Of a DNA stretch of 64,000 nucleotides, positions 48,194-58,450 are shown in pieces. Under the pieces are notes generated by a model. That model saw only the letters and a list, made by a program, of their open reading frames with translations. It did not search any database and was not told the DNA's origin. The position numbers and the translations under genes were made by a program. Source of the stretch: Phycisphaerae bacterium (lineage in GTDB: Bacteria > Planctomycetota > Phycisphaerae > UBA1845); assembly GCA_963666835.2 (NCBI GenBank), contig CAXXGO010000001.1:1280001-1344000 (forward strand), read 5' to 3'. Numbering within the stretch: the stretch's first letter is position 1; every line of letters starts with the position of its first letter.

Positions 48194-50401
48194 CTACCGA
48201 ACGGTGATTCGGCCCGTGCCTATGCCGGTGACGCGGCCGATGACGGCGGCTGCGAGGACGTCGGCGGATTTCAGTGCCGATATTATGTCATCCACGGCGT
48301 CTTCGGCGACCGCGGCAACAAGACCGCCGGAGGTCTGGGCGTCGCACGCGAGAATGCGATAGCTTTCAGGAACCTCGCGATTCCAGGCAACCCATGGCTC
48401 GACGTGGGTTCTGTTGTTGAGGGTGCCGCCGGGTATCGTGCCGCCGACGACCAAGTCCATTGCTCCGTCGATTAACGGAAGGGACTGATGGTCGATCTCT
48501 AAGTCGACCCCGCTTCCCGCCGCCATTTCGCGGAGGTGCCCGAGCAGGCCGAACCCGGTGATGTCTGTGCAGGCATGGGCTTGTCGATTGCGCAATGCCT
48601 GGGCCGCGGCTCGGTTGAGAGTCATCATGACGTTTTGGATGCGCTGCTCACCGGCCGTGTCCAATAAGCCGGCTTTTAGAGCGGTAGACATCACGCCCAG
48701 CCCCAGCGGCTTGGTGAGAATCAGCACATCGCCGGGGACCGCCCCGGAGTTTGTCCACATGTCCTTAGGTGAGACCATGCCGGTTACGACGAGTCCGAAC
48801 TTCGGCTCGGGGTCGTCGACCGTGTGCCCGCCGAGAATGGGGATGCCTGCTTTGTCGGCCACGTGCCGCGCTCCGCGGAGAATGTCCTCCAGCACGCTAA
48901 GCGGCAGGCGATTGGAAGGAAACCCGACCACGCTCAAGGCGAACAGCGGCTCGGCTCCCATGGCATAGATGTCACTGAGCGAGTTAGCCGCAGCGATCGC
49001 CCCGAAGCTGAACGGGTCGTCCACCACCGGCGTGAAGAAGTCTACGGTTTGGACCACGGCCTGATCGTCGTTAATCCGATAGACGGCCGCGTCGTCTGCG
49101 GTTTCGGTTCCGACCAGCACGTTCGGGTTCTCGCCGATTGGCGGCAGGGAGGCGAGGACTTTCTCAAGGGCTTGCGGGCGTAGTTTGCACGCACAACCCA
49201 GCCCGCTGGTGAAGCGGGTCAGCTTGATCTCCTCGTTGGCGGCTACTTCGCACTCAATCGGACCACCCTGCGGCTGTAACCGTTTCACGGTCGAGATGAT
49301 GTCTTCGATCGCGCGGTCTGCGTCCGCGATCGTCAGGAACGCCCCGGTAGATAGCCGCACCGTGCCCATGGCGTAGTCAACCGGCACCTTCATGCCTTTG
49401 AGCGTGTCAGACATGATAACTTCGTCGTTGTGACACGCAGCTCCCGCGGAAGCGGCGATTCCGACCAACTCCGAGAGGATCGCGGCCGCCTCTATTCCTC
49501 GAAAACTCAGGCTGAGCGTATTGGGCAGGCGCTCATCCGGGTGCCCGTTTACCCGTACGGCGTCTACGCCGGCCGTGATCCCCTCTTGCAGGCGATCGCG
49601 CAACTGTCGCATGTGTTCCGCGCGCTGCGGCAGGCGCTTCTTGGCGAGCTCACAGGCCTTACCCAGTCCGACGATCTCCAGAACGTTCTCGGTACCCGCT
49701 CGGCGGCCGCGTTCGTGGTCGGCGCCGAAGACCAGCTTTTCAATCTCGACTCCCGTACGGATGTACAGAGCCCCGACCCCCTTGGGGGCGTAAAGCTTGT
49801 GACCCGCTATTGACAGTAGATCCACTCCGAGGTCGTCCACCTCGACGGGAATCTTCCCCACGGATTGGGCGGCGTCGGTGTGCATGAGCACTTCATGCCG
49901 GTGGGCAATGTCACTGATCTGCCGGATAGGTTGGATTGTCCCTACCTCGTTATTGGCGTGCATGATCGTGATGAGGATTGTGGCCGAGGTTATGGCCTTC
50001 TCGACGTCGGTAGGGTCTACCTTTCCGTATTCGTCCACCGGTACTACGGTGACGCGGAAGCCCTGCGTCTCTAGATGTCGGCAGACCTCGGATACGGCCG
50101 GGTGCTCGACGGCGGAGGTGATGATGTGGTTCCCGCGCTCGCGCAACAGTCGGGCCGCGCCGCGAATCGCCTGGTTGTTCGCTTCAGAACCGCCGCTGGT
50201 GAACACGATCTCCTCAGGCCGGGCGTTGAGCATATCGGCGACCTGTCGGCGGGCGAGTTCGACGGCCTTCTTGGTCCGTACCCCGTATACGTGTCCGCTT
50301 GACGGGTTTCCGAAGTGGGTTTCCAGGTACGGGCGCATCGCCTCGACGACGGCCGGGTCCAAGGGAGTGGTGGCGTTATAATCCAGATACAGCGGTTCCA
50401 T
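48194..50401 (-). CDS. selD: NifS-like cysteine desulfurase/selenocysteine lyase fused to selenide,water dikinase SelD
   Basis: YLDYNATTP, HKLYAPKG, SAGAACH, then GCACKL, DDAAV, TVDFFTP, DITGFGL, QTSGGL. Confidence 0.93.
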   Translation of the reverse strand: MEPLYLDYNATTPLDPAVVEAMRPYLETHFGNPSSGHVYGVRTKKAVELARRQVADMLNARPEEIVFTSGGSEANNQAIRGAARLLRERGNHIITSAVEHPAVSEVCRHLETQGFRVTVVPVDEYGKVDPTDVEKAITSATILITIMHANNEVGTIQPIRQISDIAHRHEVLMHTDAAQSVGKIPVEVDDLGVDLLSIAGHKLYAPKGVGALYIRTGVEIEKLVFGADHERGRRAGTENVLEIVGLGKACELAKKRLPQRAEHMRQLRDRLQEGITAGVDAVRVNGHPDERLPNTLSLSFRGIEAAAILSELVGIAASAGAACHNDEVIMSDTLKGMKVPVDYAMGTVRLSTGAFLTIADADRAIEDIISTVKRLQPQGGPIECEVAANEEIKLTRFTSGLGCACKLRPQALEKVLASLPPIGENPNVLVGTETADDAAVYRINDDQAVVQTVDFFTPVVDDPFSFGAIAAANSLSDIYAMGAEPLFALSVVGFPSNRLPLSVLEDILRGARHVADKAGIPILGGHTVDDPEPKFGLVVTGMVSPKDMWTNSGAVPGDVLILTKPLGLGVMSTALKAGLLDTAGEQRIQNVMMTLNRAAAQALRNRQAHACTDITGFGLLGHLREMAAGSGVDLEIDHQSLPLIDGAMDLVVGGTIPGGTLNNRTHVEPWVAWNREVPESYRILACDAQTSGGLVAAVAEDAVDDIISALKSADVLAAAVIGRVTGIGTGRITVR

Positions 50402-50559
50402 GCGTAAAGACCTTTCTCAGGGCGATAGACGCAGGTATCAAGCTCTCTTCAGATAGCGTACGTGGTGTCGGGTGATTCGCCAACACTTGTCCGCGGAAGA
50501 AGATCGAGCCGCGTGGCGTCGTCTGCGTTCCGAGCGACCTCACAGGGCAGACCAGCGTG

Positions 50560-51609
50560 TTATGTGCGTCCGAGCCGGCGTAGGGCGGAGTCCAGCAGCG
50601 CGGCCGACAGAATCACCAGCCCGAGCACGACCTTCTGCCAGAAGTGCTCGACGTGCAGCAGGTTGAGGCTGTTGTTGAGCACCCCGATAATCAGTGCTCC
50701 GACCAGCGTTCCCGGAATGCTCCCGCGTCCGCCGAACAGGCTTGTCCCCCCGACCACGACCGCCGCGATCACGTTCAGCTCCCACATTTCCCCGATCTTC
50801 GGATCTGCGGCCATTAGTTTGGCATCATGAAGAACTCCGACGATTCCGCATAGCGCTCCGGTAAGGACGTACACCGCCAGCTTGGTACGTCGAACCGCTA
50901 TTCCCGCTAGGCGCGCGGCCTCCTCGTTGCTGCCCACCGCAATGACCCCACGCCCGAATACCGTGCGCGCCAGCAGAATATGAAAGAACCCGAACCCGAC
51001 CAGCATAACCAACACCGGCACCGGCAGGACCCGGCCGAGCGTGCCTTCCAGCACGAACCCCCGCCCCAGAACCAGCAGTTCTTCCGGAAGCTCGTAGACC
51101 GGTTGTCCGCCGCAGGCGATGAACGCGAAACCTCGCGCGATGAGCATGGCTGCAAGGGTCACGATGAACGGCGGGACCGAGAAGCGCGTGACCACGGTAC
51201 CCGATACGGTCCCGACCACGGCTCCCACCCCGAATCCGGTCGCCAACCCCGCTCCGATACACAGCGGAGCCGACAGCTCCAGCGTCGCCCGCATCACCAC
51301 CGCGGCTACCACGCCCGTCAGGGCTACGAGCGATCCCACCGACAGGTCGATCCCCCCGGTGACAATCACCAGCGTCATTCCGAACGCAATCAGCGCTTCG
51401 AAGGAAATCTGACGGGCGACATTGATCAGATTAGCCGGCTGGGCGAAGACCCCGTCGGTCAGGATAGTCACCGCAATAATCAACAGCGCCAACACGATCG
51501 GCATACGCAGAACAACGACCCCGTGCACAATTGCCGAGCCTTGACCGGGGCGGCTGGATTCCACCGACAGTGCCGTCTCCGCGACAGACTTGGCGTTGTT
51601 CTTATTCAC
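50560..51609 (-). CDS. rbsC: ribose-type sugar ABC permease
   Basis: GGIDLSVG, IAAVVVGGTSLFGGRG. Confidence 0.85.
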   Translation of the reverse strand: MNKNNAKSVAETALSVESSRPGQGSAIVHGVVVLRMPIVLALLIIAVTILTDGVFAQPANLINVARQISFEALIAFGMTLVIVTGGIDLSVGSLVALTGVVAAVVMRATLELSAPLCIGAGLATGFGVGAVVGTVSGTVVTRFSVPPFIVTLAAMLIARGFAFIACGGQPVYELPEELLVLGRGFVLEGTLGRVLPVPVLVMLVGFGFFHILLARTVFGRGVIAVGSNEEAARLAGIAVRRTKLAVYVLTGALCGIVGVLHDAKLMAADPKIGEMWELNVIAAVVVGGTSLFGGRGSIPGTLVGALIIGVLNNSLNLLHVEHFWQKVVLGLVILSAALLDSALRRLGRT

Positions 51610-53162
51610 CTGTCGTCATCCTCTCCTGCGGCCAGACGCATGATTTGCTCCTGCGTTACGTTTCGGCGTCGGTTGTCCAAGATGCCGGCCAATCGGCGGC
51701 GCGGAGGCCGTCCACTCTCTTCGTGCATCACGCCAATCCGGTCGGCCATGCCGATTACCTCCGGCAGCTCCGACGAGACCATTACAACTGCTGCTCCCTC
51801 GTTGACCAGGCGGTTGATCAGCATGTAGATCTCGTACTTCGCTCCCACGTCCACCCCGCGGGTGGGCTCATCAAAAAGGACCACGCGGTGTGCCCGCGAC
51901 ATCCAACGGGCCAGCAACACTTTCTGCTGATTTCCCCCGCTGAGCGTCTCTACCAGCACTTCTGTATCCACCGCTTTTATTCGCAGGTCATCGATCAGAC
52001 CGCGCGCCAGCTCCCGCTCGCGCCCGGTCAGCAGGAACCCGCCCACGGCCGCCGCGTGGCGATCGGCCAGGGTGAGATTCTCCCGCAGACTCCTTCCTAG
52101 TAACAAACCCTCGAGCTTGCGATCCTCGGGCAGCATTACTACTCCGGCGGCGATGGCTTCTCGCGGGCTCTTGAAAGGACCGCATGAAGGCGGGGTCGTA
52201 CCGGTGTCGTTTAAGACGCTCACCGACCCGGATGTGGCGCGGACCGCGCCGAAGAGCGTCTTGACCACGGAGGTCCGTCCGGAACCTACCAGGCCGGTCA
52301 GCGCCAGCACCTCCCCGGCCCGCACGTCGAAACTCACGTCAGTGAAACGAGGGTATGCTGACAGGTTTCTGACATCCAACACGACGTCGCCGAGGTCGTT
52401 CGATCGGGCAGGAAACTCGTCCTTAAGCTCTCGTCCGACCATTTCTGCAATCAGGCTCTCCCGCCTCACTTCCGCGATCGGCCGGGTGGAGATTCGCCGA
52501 CCGTCCCGCAATACGGTGACGGTATCCGCAATGTCGAACACTTCGTCCAGCCGGTGGCTGATGTAGATGACACTTACCCCGCGCCGCTTCAGATCTCGCA
52601 CCAGCGTAAACAACGTATCCAGCTCGTGCGCGGTCAGCACCGCGGAGGGCTCATCGAGGATCAGCAAATGTGCGTTCAGCGACAAGGCCTTGGCAATCTC
52701 CACCATCTGCTGCTGGGCCACCGTCAGAGTCCCAACCGACCGGCGAACGGGCAGGTCAATCCGCAGCAGAGCCAACAACTTCTCCGCCTGTTTGTGCAAC
52801 GCTCGAAAGTCAACGCAGCCGGTGAGCGGTGTGCGAGGCCAACGTCCCAGAAAGATGTTCTCGCTTACGCCCAGGTCAGGGACCAGGTTGAACTCCTGAT
52901 ACACGATTGCGATGCCGTTCCGCCGGGCCGCGCGGGCGTCGGGTATCGTCACCGGCAGTCCATCAATTGCTATCGTGCCGCTATCCGCCCGCACCGCTCC
53001 GGACAGGACCTTCATCAGCGTGCTCTTGCCGGCCCCGTTCTCGCCGACGACTGCGTGGATACTCCCGGCGGCAACGGTAACGCTCACGTCATCGAGGGCC
53101 AGCACGCCGGGGAAGACTTTGCGGATTCCCGCGCAGTGCAAACGCGGTGCGGTGGTCCCCAT
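51606..53162 (-). CDS. rbsA: sugar ABC ATPase with two domains
   Basis: GENGAGKST, LSGGNQQK, DEPTRGVDVGAK. Confidence 0.9.
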   Translation of the reverse strand: MGTTAPRLHCAGIRKVFPGVLALDDVSVTVAAGSIHAVVGENGAGKSTLMKVLSGAVRADSGTIAIDGLPVTIPDARAARRNGIAIVYQEFNLVPDLGVSENIFLGRWPRTPLTGCVDFRALHKQAEKLLALLRIDLPVRRSVGTLTVAQQQMVEIAKALSLNAHLLILDEPSAVLTAHELDTLFTLVRDLKRRGVSVIYISHRLDEVFDIADTVTVLRDGRRISTRPIAEVRRESLIAEMVGRELKDEFPARSNDLGDVVLDVRNLSAYPRFTDVSFDVRAGEVLALTGLVGSGRTSVVKTLFGAVRATSGSVSVLNDTGTTPPSCGPFKSPREAIAAGVVMLPEDRKLEGLLLGRSLRENLTLADRHAAAVGGFLLTGRERELARGLIDDLRIKAVDTEVLVETLSGGNQQKVLLARWMSRAHRVVLFDEPTRGVDVGAKYEIYMLINRLVNEGAAVVMVSSELPEVIGMADRIGVMHEESGRPPRRRLAGILDNRRRNVTQEQIMRLAAGEDDDR

Positions 53163-53165
53163 GGG

Positions 53166-54170
53166 TTACTTCGACTCCCGCGTGAACGTGCCGACCTCAA
53201 CCGGAATCACCGCCGGAACGGTCTTCCCGTTGAAGACGTCGTGAATCGTCTGAACGGTGAGCACTCCGATGCGCTTGGGGTTCTGGATCACATCGCCGAA
53301 GATAGCCCCGGTTTTGATCTTCTCGCGTGCCTCCTCAGTGGCATCATACCCCACGATTCGAACCTGCCCGAGTTTGCCGGCCGCTTCCACCGCGGCCAGA
53401 GCCCCCAGGGCCGAGTCGTCGTTGATGGCGAAGATACCGGTCAGCTCCGGATGCGATTGCAGAAGGTCCTCGGTGACCTTGACCGCCCGGTCCCGCTTGC
53501 CTTCGGTAGATAGCTCGGCCACGATGCGAATGTCGGGACGCTGCGCCAGCCCCTCCTTGAACCCGGCCACCCGATCCATCACGCTCGTTACCTCCGGATG
53601 GGAGAGGATCGCCACCTGGCCGACACCTTCCAAGGCGGTAGTCAGCAGTTCGGCCGCCTCACGTCCGCCCTGGCGATTGTCCGAAGCGATATGCGCCACC
53701 ACCTCGCCCAACGGAGACGTGCTTGCGATGTCGGCCGTGAAGACCGGAATCCCCGCTTCGTTTGCCTGCACGATACTCGCGCCGACGCTCCGCGAATCGC
53801 ACGGACAGAGCACTATGGCATCCACCTTCTGGACGATGAACTCGTCGACCTGGTCGGCCTGTCTGGCAGAGTCGAATTCGGCCGTCGTGGTCAAAAGCTC
53901 ATACCCGAATTGCTCCGCCTCCTCCCGCAGACCGGCTCGCAGATCCTGGTAGAACTGATGCTGGACGGTGAGCAGGGTAACGCCGATACGTTTGGATTGC
54001 CGCGCCGCTTTAGCCGACTCCCTTTCCGCATCCGGCGTCGCCTCCCGCCGGCAGCCGGAAGTTACGCAGAGGGCCAGCAGCAGAATCGACAGCCACCTCC
54101 TCGCACTCACGCCGCCTGTGGTTGACGTCTTTGGGCTGCAGGCTAGATTGGTTTGCTGTGTCGAATGCAT
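53166..54170 (-). CDS. rbsB: sugar-binding lipoprotein, RbsB type
   Basis: Lipobox TSGC; SDN..GG, FAINDDSALG, VGYD. Confidence 0.85.
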   Translation of the reverse strand: MHSTQQTNLACSPKTSTTGGVSARRWLSILLLALCVTSGCRREATPDAERESAKAARQSKRIGVTLLTVQHQFYQDLRAGLREEAEQFGYELLTTTAEFDSARQADQVDEFIVQKVDAIVLCPCDSRSVGASIVQANEAGIPVFTADIASTSPLGEVVAHIASDNRQGGREAAELLTTALEGVGQVAILSHPEVTSVMDRVAGFKEGLAQRPDIRIVAELSTEGKRDRAVKVTEDLLQSHPELTGIFAINDDSALGALAAVEAAGKLGQVRIVGYDATEEAREKIKTGAIFGDVIQNPKRIGVLTVQTIHDVFNGKTVPAVIPVEVGTFTRESK

Positions 54171-54315
54171 GAGATCTTCCCTTGTCCTGAGCGCGCGTCG
54201 CGGGTCAACCCCGGCGCTTACGGCTAATCGGATACACTTCCGCACGCCAAGCCTCAAAGGATACCGGAAAACCGCGCACGGGCACAGTTAACCGAACCCT
54301 CAACGAGGAATCACC

Positions 54316-57300
54316 ATGCGTATTGCGAGATTGATCACCGCGATGTCGGCCCTGGGCGTCCTGTCGCTGTCGGGCTCGGCGGCACACGGTGAGAGGACGC
54401 CTCAAACGGGCACGAAACCCGTTCTCTACGTCACCGCCACCGCTCATCTGGACACCCAATGGCTCTGGACGATCCAGACCACGATCGACGAGTACCTCCC
54501 CGCCACGCTGCGCGATAATTTCGCCCTGTTCGAGAAGTACCCGGACTACACGTTCAGCTTCGAGGGAGCGTTTCGCTACATGCTGGCCAAGGAGTACTAT
54601 CCAGAGGACTACGCCAGACTATCGGACTACATCGCCCAAGGCCGCTGGTGCGTTTGCGGCAGTTCGATCGTCGCCGGAGACGTCAACGTTCCCGCCCCGG
54701 AGTCGCTGATCCGCCAAGTGCTCTACGGCAACGACTTCTTCGAGCGCGAGTTTGGGCGAAGAAGCTGCGACATCTACCTGCCCGACTGTTTCGGATTCGG
54801 ATACGCTCTGCCATCGGTGGCCGCCCACTGCGGGCTCAAGGGCTTCTCCACGCAGAAGCTCACGTGGGGCTCATCCGTCGGCATTCCGTTCAACGTGGGT
54901 GTTTGGGAAGGCATCGACGGCTCCTCCATTCTGGCCGCGATCAACCCCGGCGAGTACGTGGCGAAAGTCCGCAGCGATCTGAGCGTGGATGAAGAGTGGC
55001 TGGCGCGAATCAACAAGAACGGGGAGCAGTCCGGGGCTTTCGTGGATTACAAGTACTTCGGGGTCGGTGACCGAGGCGGAGCCCCTGACGAGGAGTCCGT
55101 GCAGTGGATCGAGAAGGCTATTGCCGGTGACGGACCTATCCGGGTTGTAAACTTGCCCGCCGATCGGATCTTCCACGATCTGACCGCGGACCAGATCGAC
55201 CGACTGCCCCGATACGACGGCGAGCTGCTCATGACTCGCCACGGCATCGGCTGCTACACCTCACAATGCGCGATGAAACGGTGGAACCGTAAGAACGAGC
55301 TGCTGGCGGACGCCGCGGAACGGGCGGCGGTGGCAGCCGATTGGCTGGGCGGATTGGCTTATCCGCGTCAGCGACTTACCGAAGCCTGGATTCGTTTCCT
55401 GTGGCACCAGTTCCACGACGACCTGACCGGCACGAGCATCCCGCATGCCTACCAGTTTTCGTGGAACGACGAGATCATTGCCCTCAACCAGTTCGCAGCC
55501 GTGTTGACCGATTCGGTCGGGACGATCGCCCGGGCGCTGGACACGCGAGTTAAGGGCATTCCGGTGATCGTATTCAATCCGCTGGCGTTCGAGCGCGAGG
55601 ATGTGGTCCGCGCCACGGTCCGCTTTCCGAACGGCGCCCCGGCATTCGTGGACGTTTACGATACCAACGGGCGGCGCATTCCGTCGCAGGTCCTGTTGGT
55701 CGAAGACCGGAACGTGGAGATGCTCTTTCGAGCTCGCGTGCCTTCGGTCGGGTTTGCGGTTTTCGATGTCCGTCCCGCCCAACCATCGCTCCCTGCGCCA
55801 GCCACTGAGCCGGTTACGGCCACGAAGTTCGGTCTGGAGAACGGGCGGTACCGTGTCAGCCTGAACCCCGACGGAGACGTAGCCGGCATCTACGACAAGA
55901 AGCTCGGGCGAGAGTTGCTCTTGGGGCCCGCTCGATTGCAGTTTCTTCAGGATACGCCTGCCCAGTGGTCTGAATGGGAGATCGATCTTGATGACATCAG
56001 CGCCGAGCCGTACGCCCATGCCGCCGGTCCTGCACAGATCAGCGTGATTGAAGAGGGTCCCATACGCGCGGCCGTCAAGGTTGCTCGCCGGATCGCCGGT
56101 TCGACAGTCATACAACGGATCAGTCTCGCCTCGGGCAGGGCCGGTGATCATATCGAGTTCGACACGGTTATCGATTGGCAGACTCCCAAGACCCTGCTGA
56201 AAGCGTCCTTCCCGCTGGGGGCCTCGAACCTCAATGCCACTTATGACCTGGGCTTTGGAGCGATCGAACGCCCGAATAACAGCGAGAAGAAGTACGAAGT
56301 TCCCGCTCAACAGTGGGCGGACATTACCGCTTCCGACGGGTCTTTCGGCGTGACGATTGCCAACGACTGCAAGTACGGCTGGGACAAGCCGGCGGACAAC
56401 CTGCTACGCCTGACGTTGATCCACAGCCCCAACGACGTCGAAAAGGACATGGGTAGGCACCGCGTACTCTACTCGATAGCCGGGCACGCCGCCGACTGGC
56501 GCGCCGGTAACGCCATCCGACAGGCGGCTCGGATCAATCAACCCCTGATGGCCTTCCAGACGAGTCCCCACCGCGGATCTCTCGAGTCGTCCTTCTCGCT
56601 CCTGAGCGTCGATAGCCCTCAAGTAGTCGTCCGCGCGATCAAGAAAGCCGAGCATGGTGAAGAAGTGATAATCCGCGTGCAGGAAGCTCATGGGAAGAGC
56701 GCGCGAAATGTCGCGGTGAGCATGGCGACTCCGATCTTGGCGGCTCGAGAGGTAAACGGCGCGGAGCAGCTCCGGGGCGATTTTGCGGTGCAACAGGGCA
56801 GGCTTCGACTCGACTTCGAGCCGTTCCAGCCACGTACGCTGGCGGTGACTCTGACGCCTCCCGATGCGGTTGTGCCTCCTCCGGCAGCGCAGCCGGTTAT
56901 TCTGCCGTATGATCGCGATGTCGTTAGCAGCGACCGGGACCGCGCTGATGGTGACTTCGACGGTGCAGGGCACTCGCTACCGGCGGAGCTGCTCCCGGCC
57001 ACGATCCATCACGGCGGCATTCAGTTTGCCATGGGCCCGACCGCAACCGGTAAGAAGAACGCCGTGACCTGCCGCGGACAGAGCATCGCTCTTCCGGATG
57101 GAGACTATGACCGCTTATACGTCCTGGCTTCCGCTCAGAACGGTCCCGCCGCCGGCGAGTTCGCCGTTGGTAGCGAGGTTGAGGAGATTGTCGTTGCCGA
57201 TTTCACGTCATGGGTAGGGCAATCCGACAGCCTGATCGTGGACGGGAAGGAGGTCGAGGCCGCCCGGATGGCTCCGGCTTTCATCCACCGAGATGAAATC

Positions 57301-58215
57301 GCGTGGGTCGGCACTCATCGGCACGACGGCCCGACCGATCGCAACGAGCCGTACGTGTTCTGTTATCTGTTCCAATACGGGATCGACCTTCCTGCAGGTG
57401 CCAAGTCCGTAACACTTCCGGACAACGATCGTATCCGGATTATGGCAATGACCGTTGCGGACAACCCCAATGACGACACGGAGCCTGCCCAATACCTGTA
57501 CGATCATGTGGACGCCGTATTCATCGACCCGCCGGGCGGGCTGCACATTGACCCCGTGTCGGTAGACCTTTCCACGGATGCCCGCGGCGCCGACGTCGTG
57601 TTCACTTTGGACGGGAGCGAACCGACGGCGAAATCCGTCCGGTTCACGACTCCGATCCGTTTGACAAAGACCACGACGATAGCGGCTCGAACGCTGAGGA
57701 ACGGTCGACTTGGGGACTTCGTCCGCCACGCTACGTTTGTGTTCGCCGAGCCGCGCCCACCGGAACCTGTGCAGGATCTGCGACCCGGACTGTGCTACCG
57801 TTATTACGAAGGCGAGTGGAAACAGGTTTCCGGTTTCGAGACTGCCACGCCGGTTAAGTTCGGCACGGTCGACACGTTCGATGTTTCGCCGCGGCAGACC
57901 GACGAGCGGTACGGTTTCACCATCGAGGGGCTCGTCCGGGTGCCGAGCGAAGCGGTGTATACCTTCTGCACCGCCAGCGACGACGGCAGCACGTTATCCA
58001 TCGGTGGTGAGCTCGTGGTAGACAACGACGGCCTGCACGGTGAACGCGAGCGCTGCGGGGTAATCGCCTTACAGCCCGGCCTCCATCCCATCCGCGTCGA
58101 TTACTTTGAACTCACCGGTGACGACGTCCTTCACGTGCGTTACTTCGCACCGGGCATCGCCAAACAACCGATTCCCGCGGAGGTTCTGTTCCACGCGGCG
58201 CCTATCGGAGAATGA
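54316..58215 (+). CDS. secreted GH38 alpha-mannosidase with Fn3-associated and PA14 domains
   Basis: AHLDTQW, LPDCFG, QFHDDLTG, FTLDGSEP, SDDGS..DNDGLH. Confidence 0.92.
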   Translation: MRIARLITAMSALGVLSLSGSAAHGERTPQTGTKPVLYVTATAHLDTQWLWTIQTTIDEYLPATLRDNFALFEKYPDYTFSFEGAFRYMLAKEYYPEDYARLSDYIAQGRWCVCGSSIVAGDVNVPAPESLIRQVLYGNDFFEREFGRRSCDIYLPDCFGFGYALPSVAAHCGLKGFSTQKLTWGSSVGIPFNVGVWEGIDGSSILAAINPGEYVAKVRSDLSVDEEWLARINKNGEQSGAFVDYKYFGVGDRGGAPDEESVQWIEKAIAGDGPIRVVNLPADRIFHDLTADQIDRLPRYDGELLMTRHGIGCYTSQCAMKRWNRKNELLADAAERAAVAADWLGGLAYPRQRLTEAWIRFLWHQFHDDLTGTSIPHAYQFSWNDEIIALNQFAAVLTDSVGTIARALDTRVKGIPVIVFNPLAFEREDVVRATVRFPNGAPAFVDVYDTNGRRIPSQVLLVEDRNVEMLFRARVPSVGFAVFDVRPAQPSLPAPATEPVTATKFGLENGRYRVSLNPDGDVAGIYDKKLGRELLLGPARLQFLQDTPAQWSEWEIDLDDISAEPYAHAAGPAQISVIEEGPIRAAVKVARRIAGSTVIQRISLASGRAGDHIEFDTVIDWQTPKTLLKASFPLGASNLNATYDLGFGAIERPNNSEKKYEVPAQQWADITASDGSFGVTIANDCKYGWDKPADNLLRLTLIHSPNDVEKDMGRHRVLYSIAGHAADWRAGNAIRQAARINQPLMAFQTSPHRGSLESSFSLLSVDSPQVVVRAIKKAEHGEEVIIRVQEAHGKSARNVAVSMATPILAAREVNGAEQLRGDFAVQQGRLRLDFEPFQPRTLAVTLTPPDAVVPPPAAQPVILPYDRDVVSSDRDRADGDFDGAGHSLPAELLPATIHHGGIQFAMGPTATGKKNAVTCRGQSIALPDGDYDRLYVLASAQNGPAAGEFAVGSEVEEIVVADFTSWVGQSDSLIVDGKEVEAARMAPAFIHRDEIAWVGTHRHDGPTDRNEPYVFCYLFQYGIDLPAGAKSVTLPDNDRIRIMAMTVADNPNDDTEPAQYLYDHVDAVFIDPPGGLHIDPVSVDLSTDARGADVVFTLDGSEPTAKSVRFTTPIRLTKTTTIAARTLRNGRLGDFVRHATFVFAEPRPPEPVQDLRPGLCYRYYEGEWKQVSGFETATPVKFGTVDTFDVSPRQTDERYGFTIEGLVRVPSEAVYTFCTASDDGSTLSIGGELVVDNDGLHGERERCGVIALQPGLHPIRVDYFELTGDDVLHVRYFAPGIAKQPIPAEVLFHAAPIGE

Positions 58216-58377
58216 CGGCCGGGTGGCCCGGGTCCTCTTGAATCTGGCGCGTGTTTCGATCTATGGAGGAGCATCGGAGTAGAACACATCGGCCCCGGGG
58301 GAGCCGATGATCCGCGCTTCCGCGACCGCCGCGGTAATGTCATCGCCGACATCTGCTATCACGCGATACGCGTTATT

Positions 58378-58408
58378 GCGGCAGGTCTCGTGCCTCGACC
58401 TGCCCTAC
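58378..58408. repeat. isolated REP copy
   Basis: GCGGCAGGTCTCGTGCCTCGACCTGCCCTAC, between convergent genes. Confidence 0.85.
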
Positions 58409-58450
58409 AGCGGATGACGCATTTGTGGCATACCCCCACATGATTTCGTA

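Noticed and set aside
49180..49205. Selenocysteine codon in SelD
   Set aside because: The motif is encoded TGT-GCG-TGC (Cys-Ala-Cys), with no in-frame TGA.
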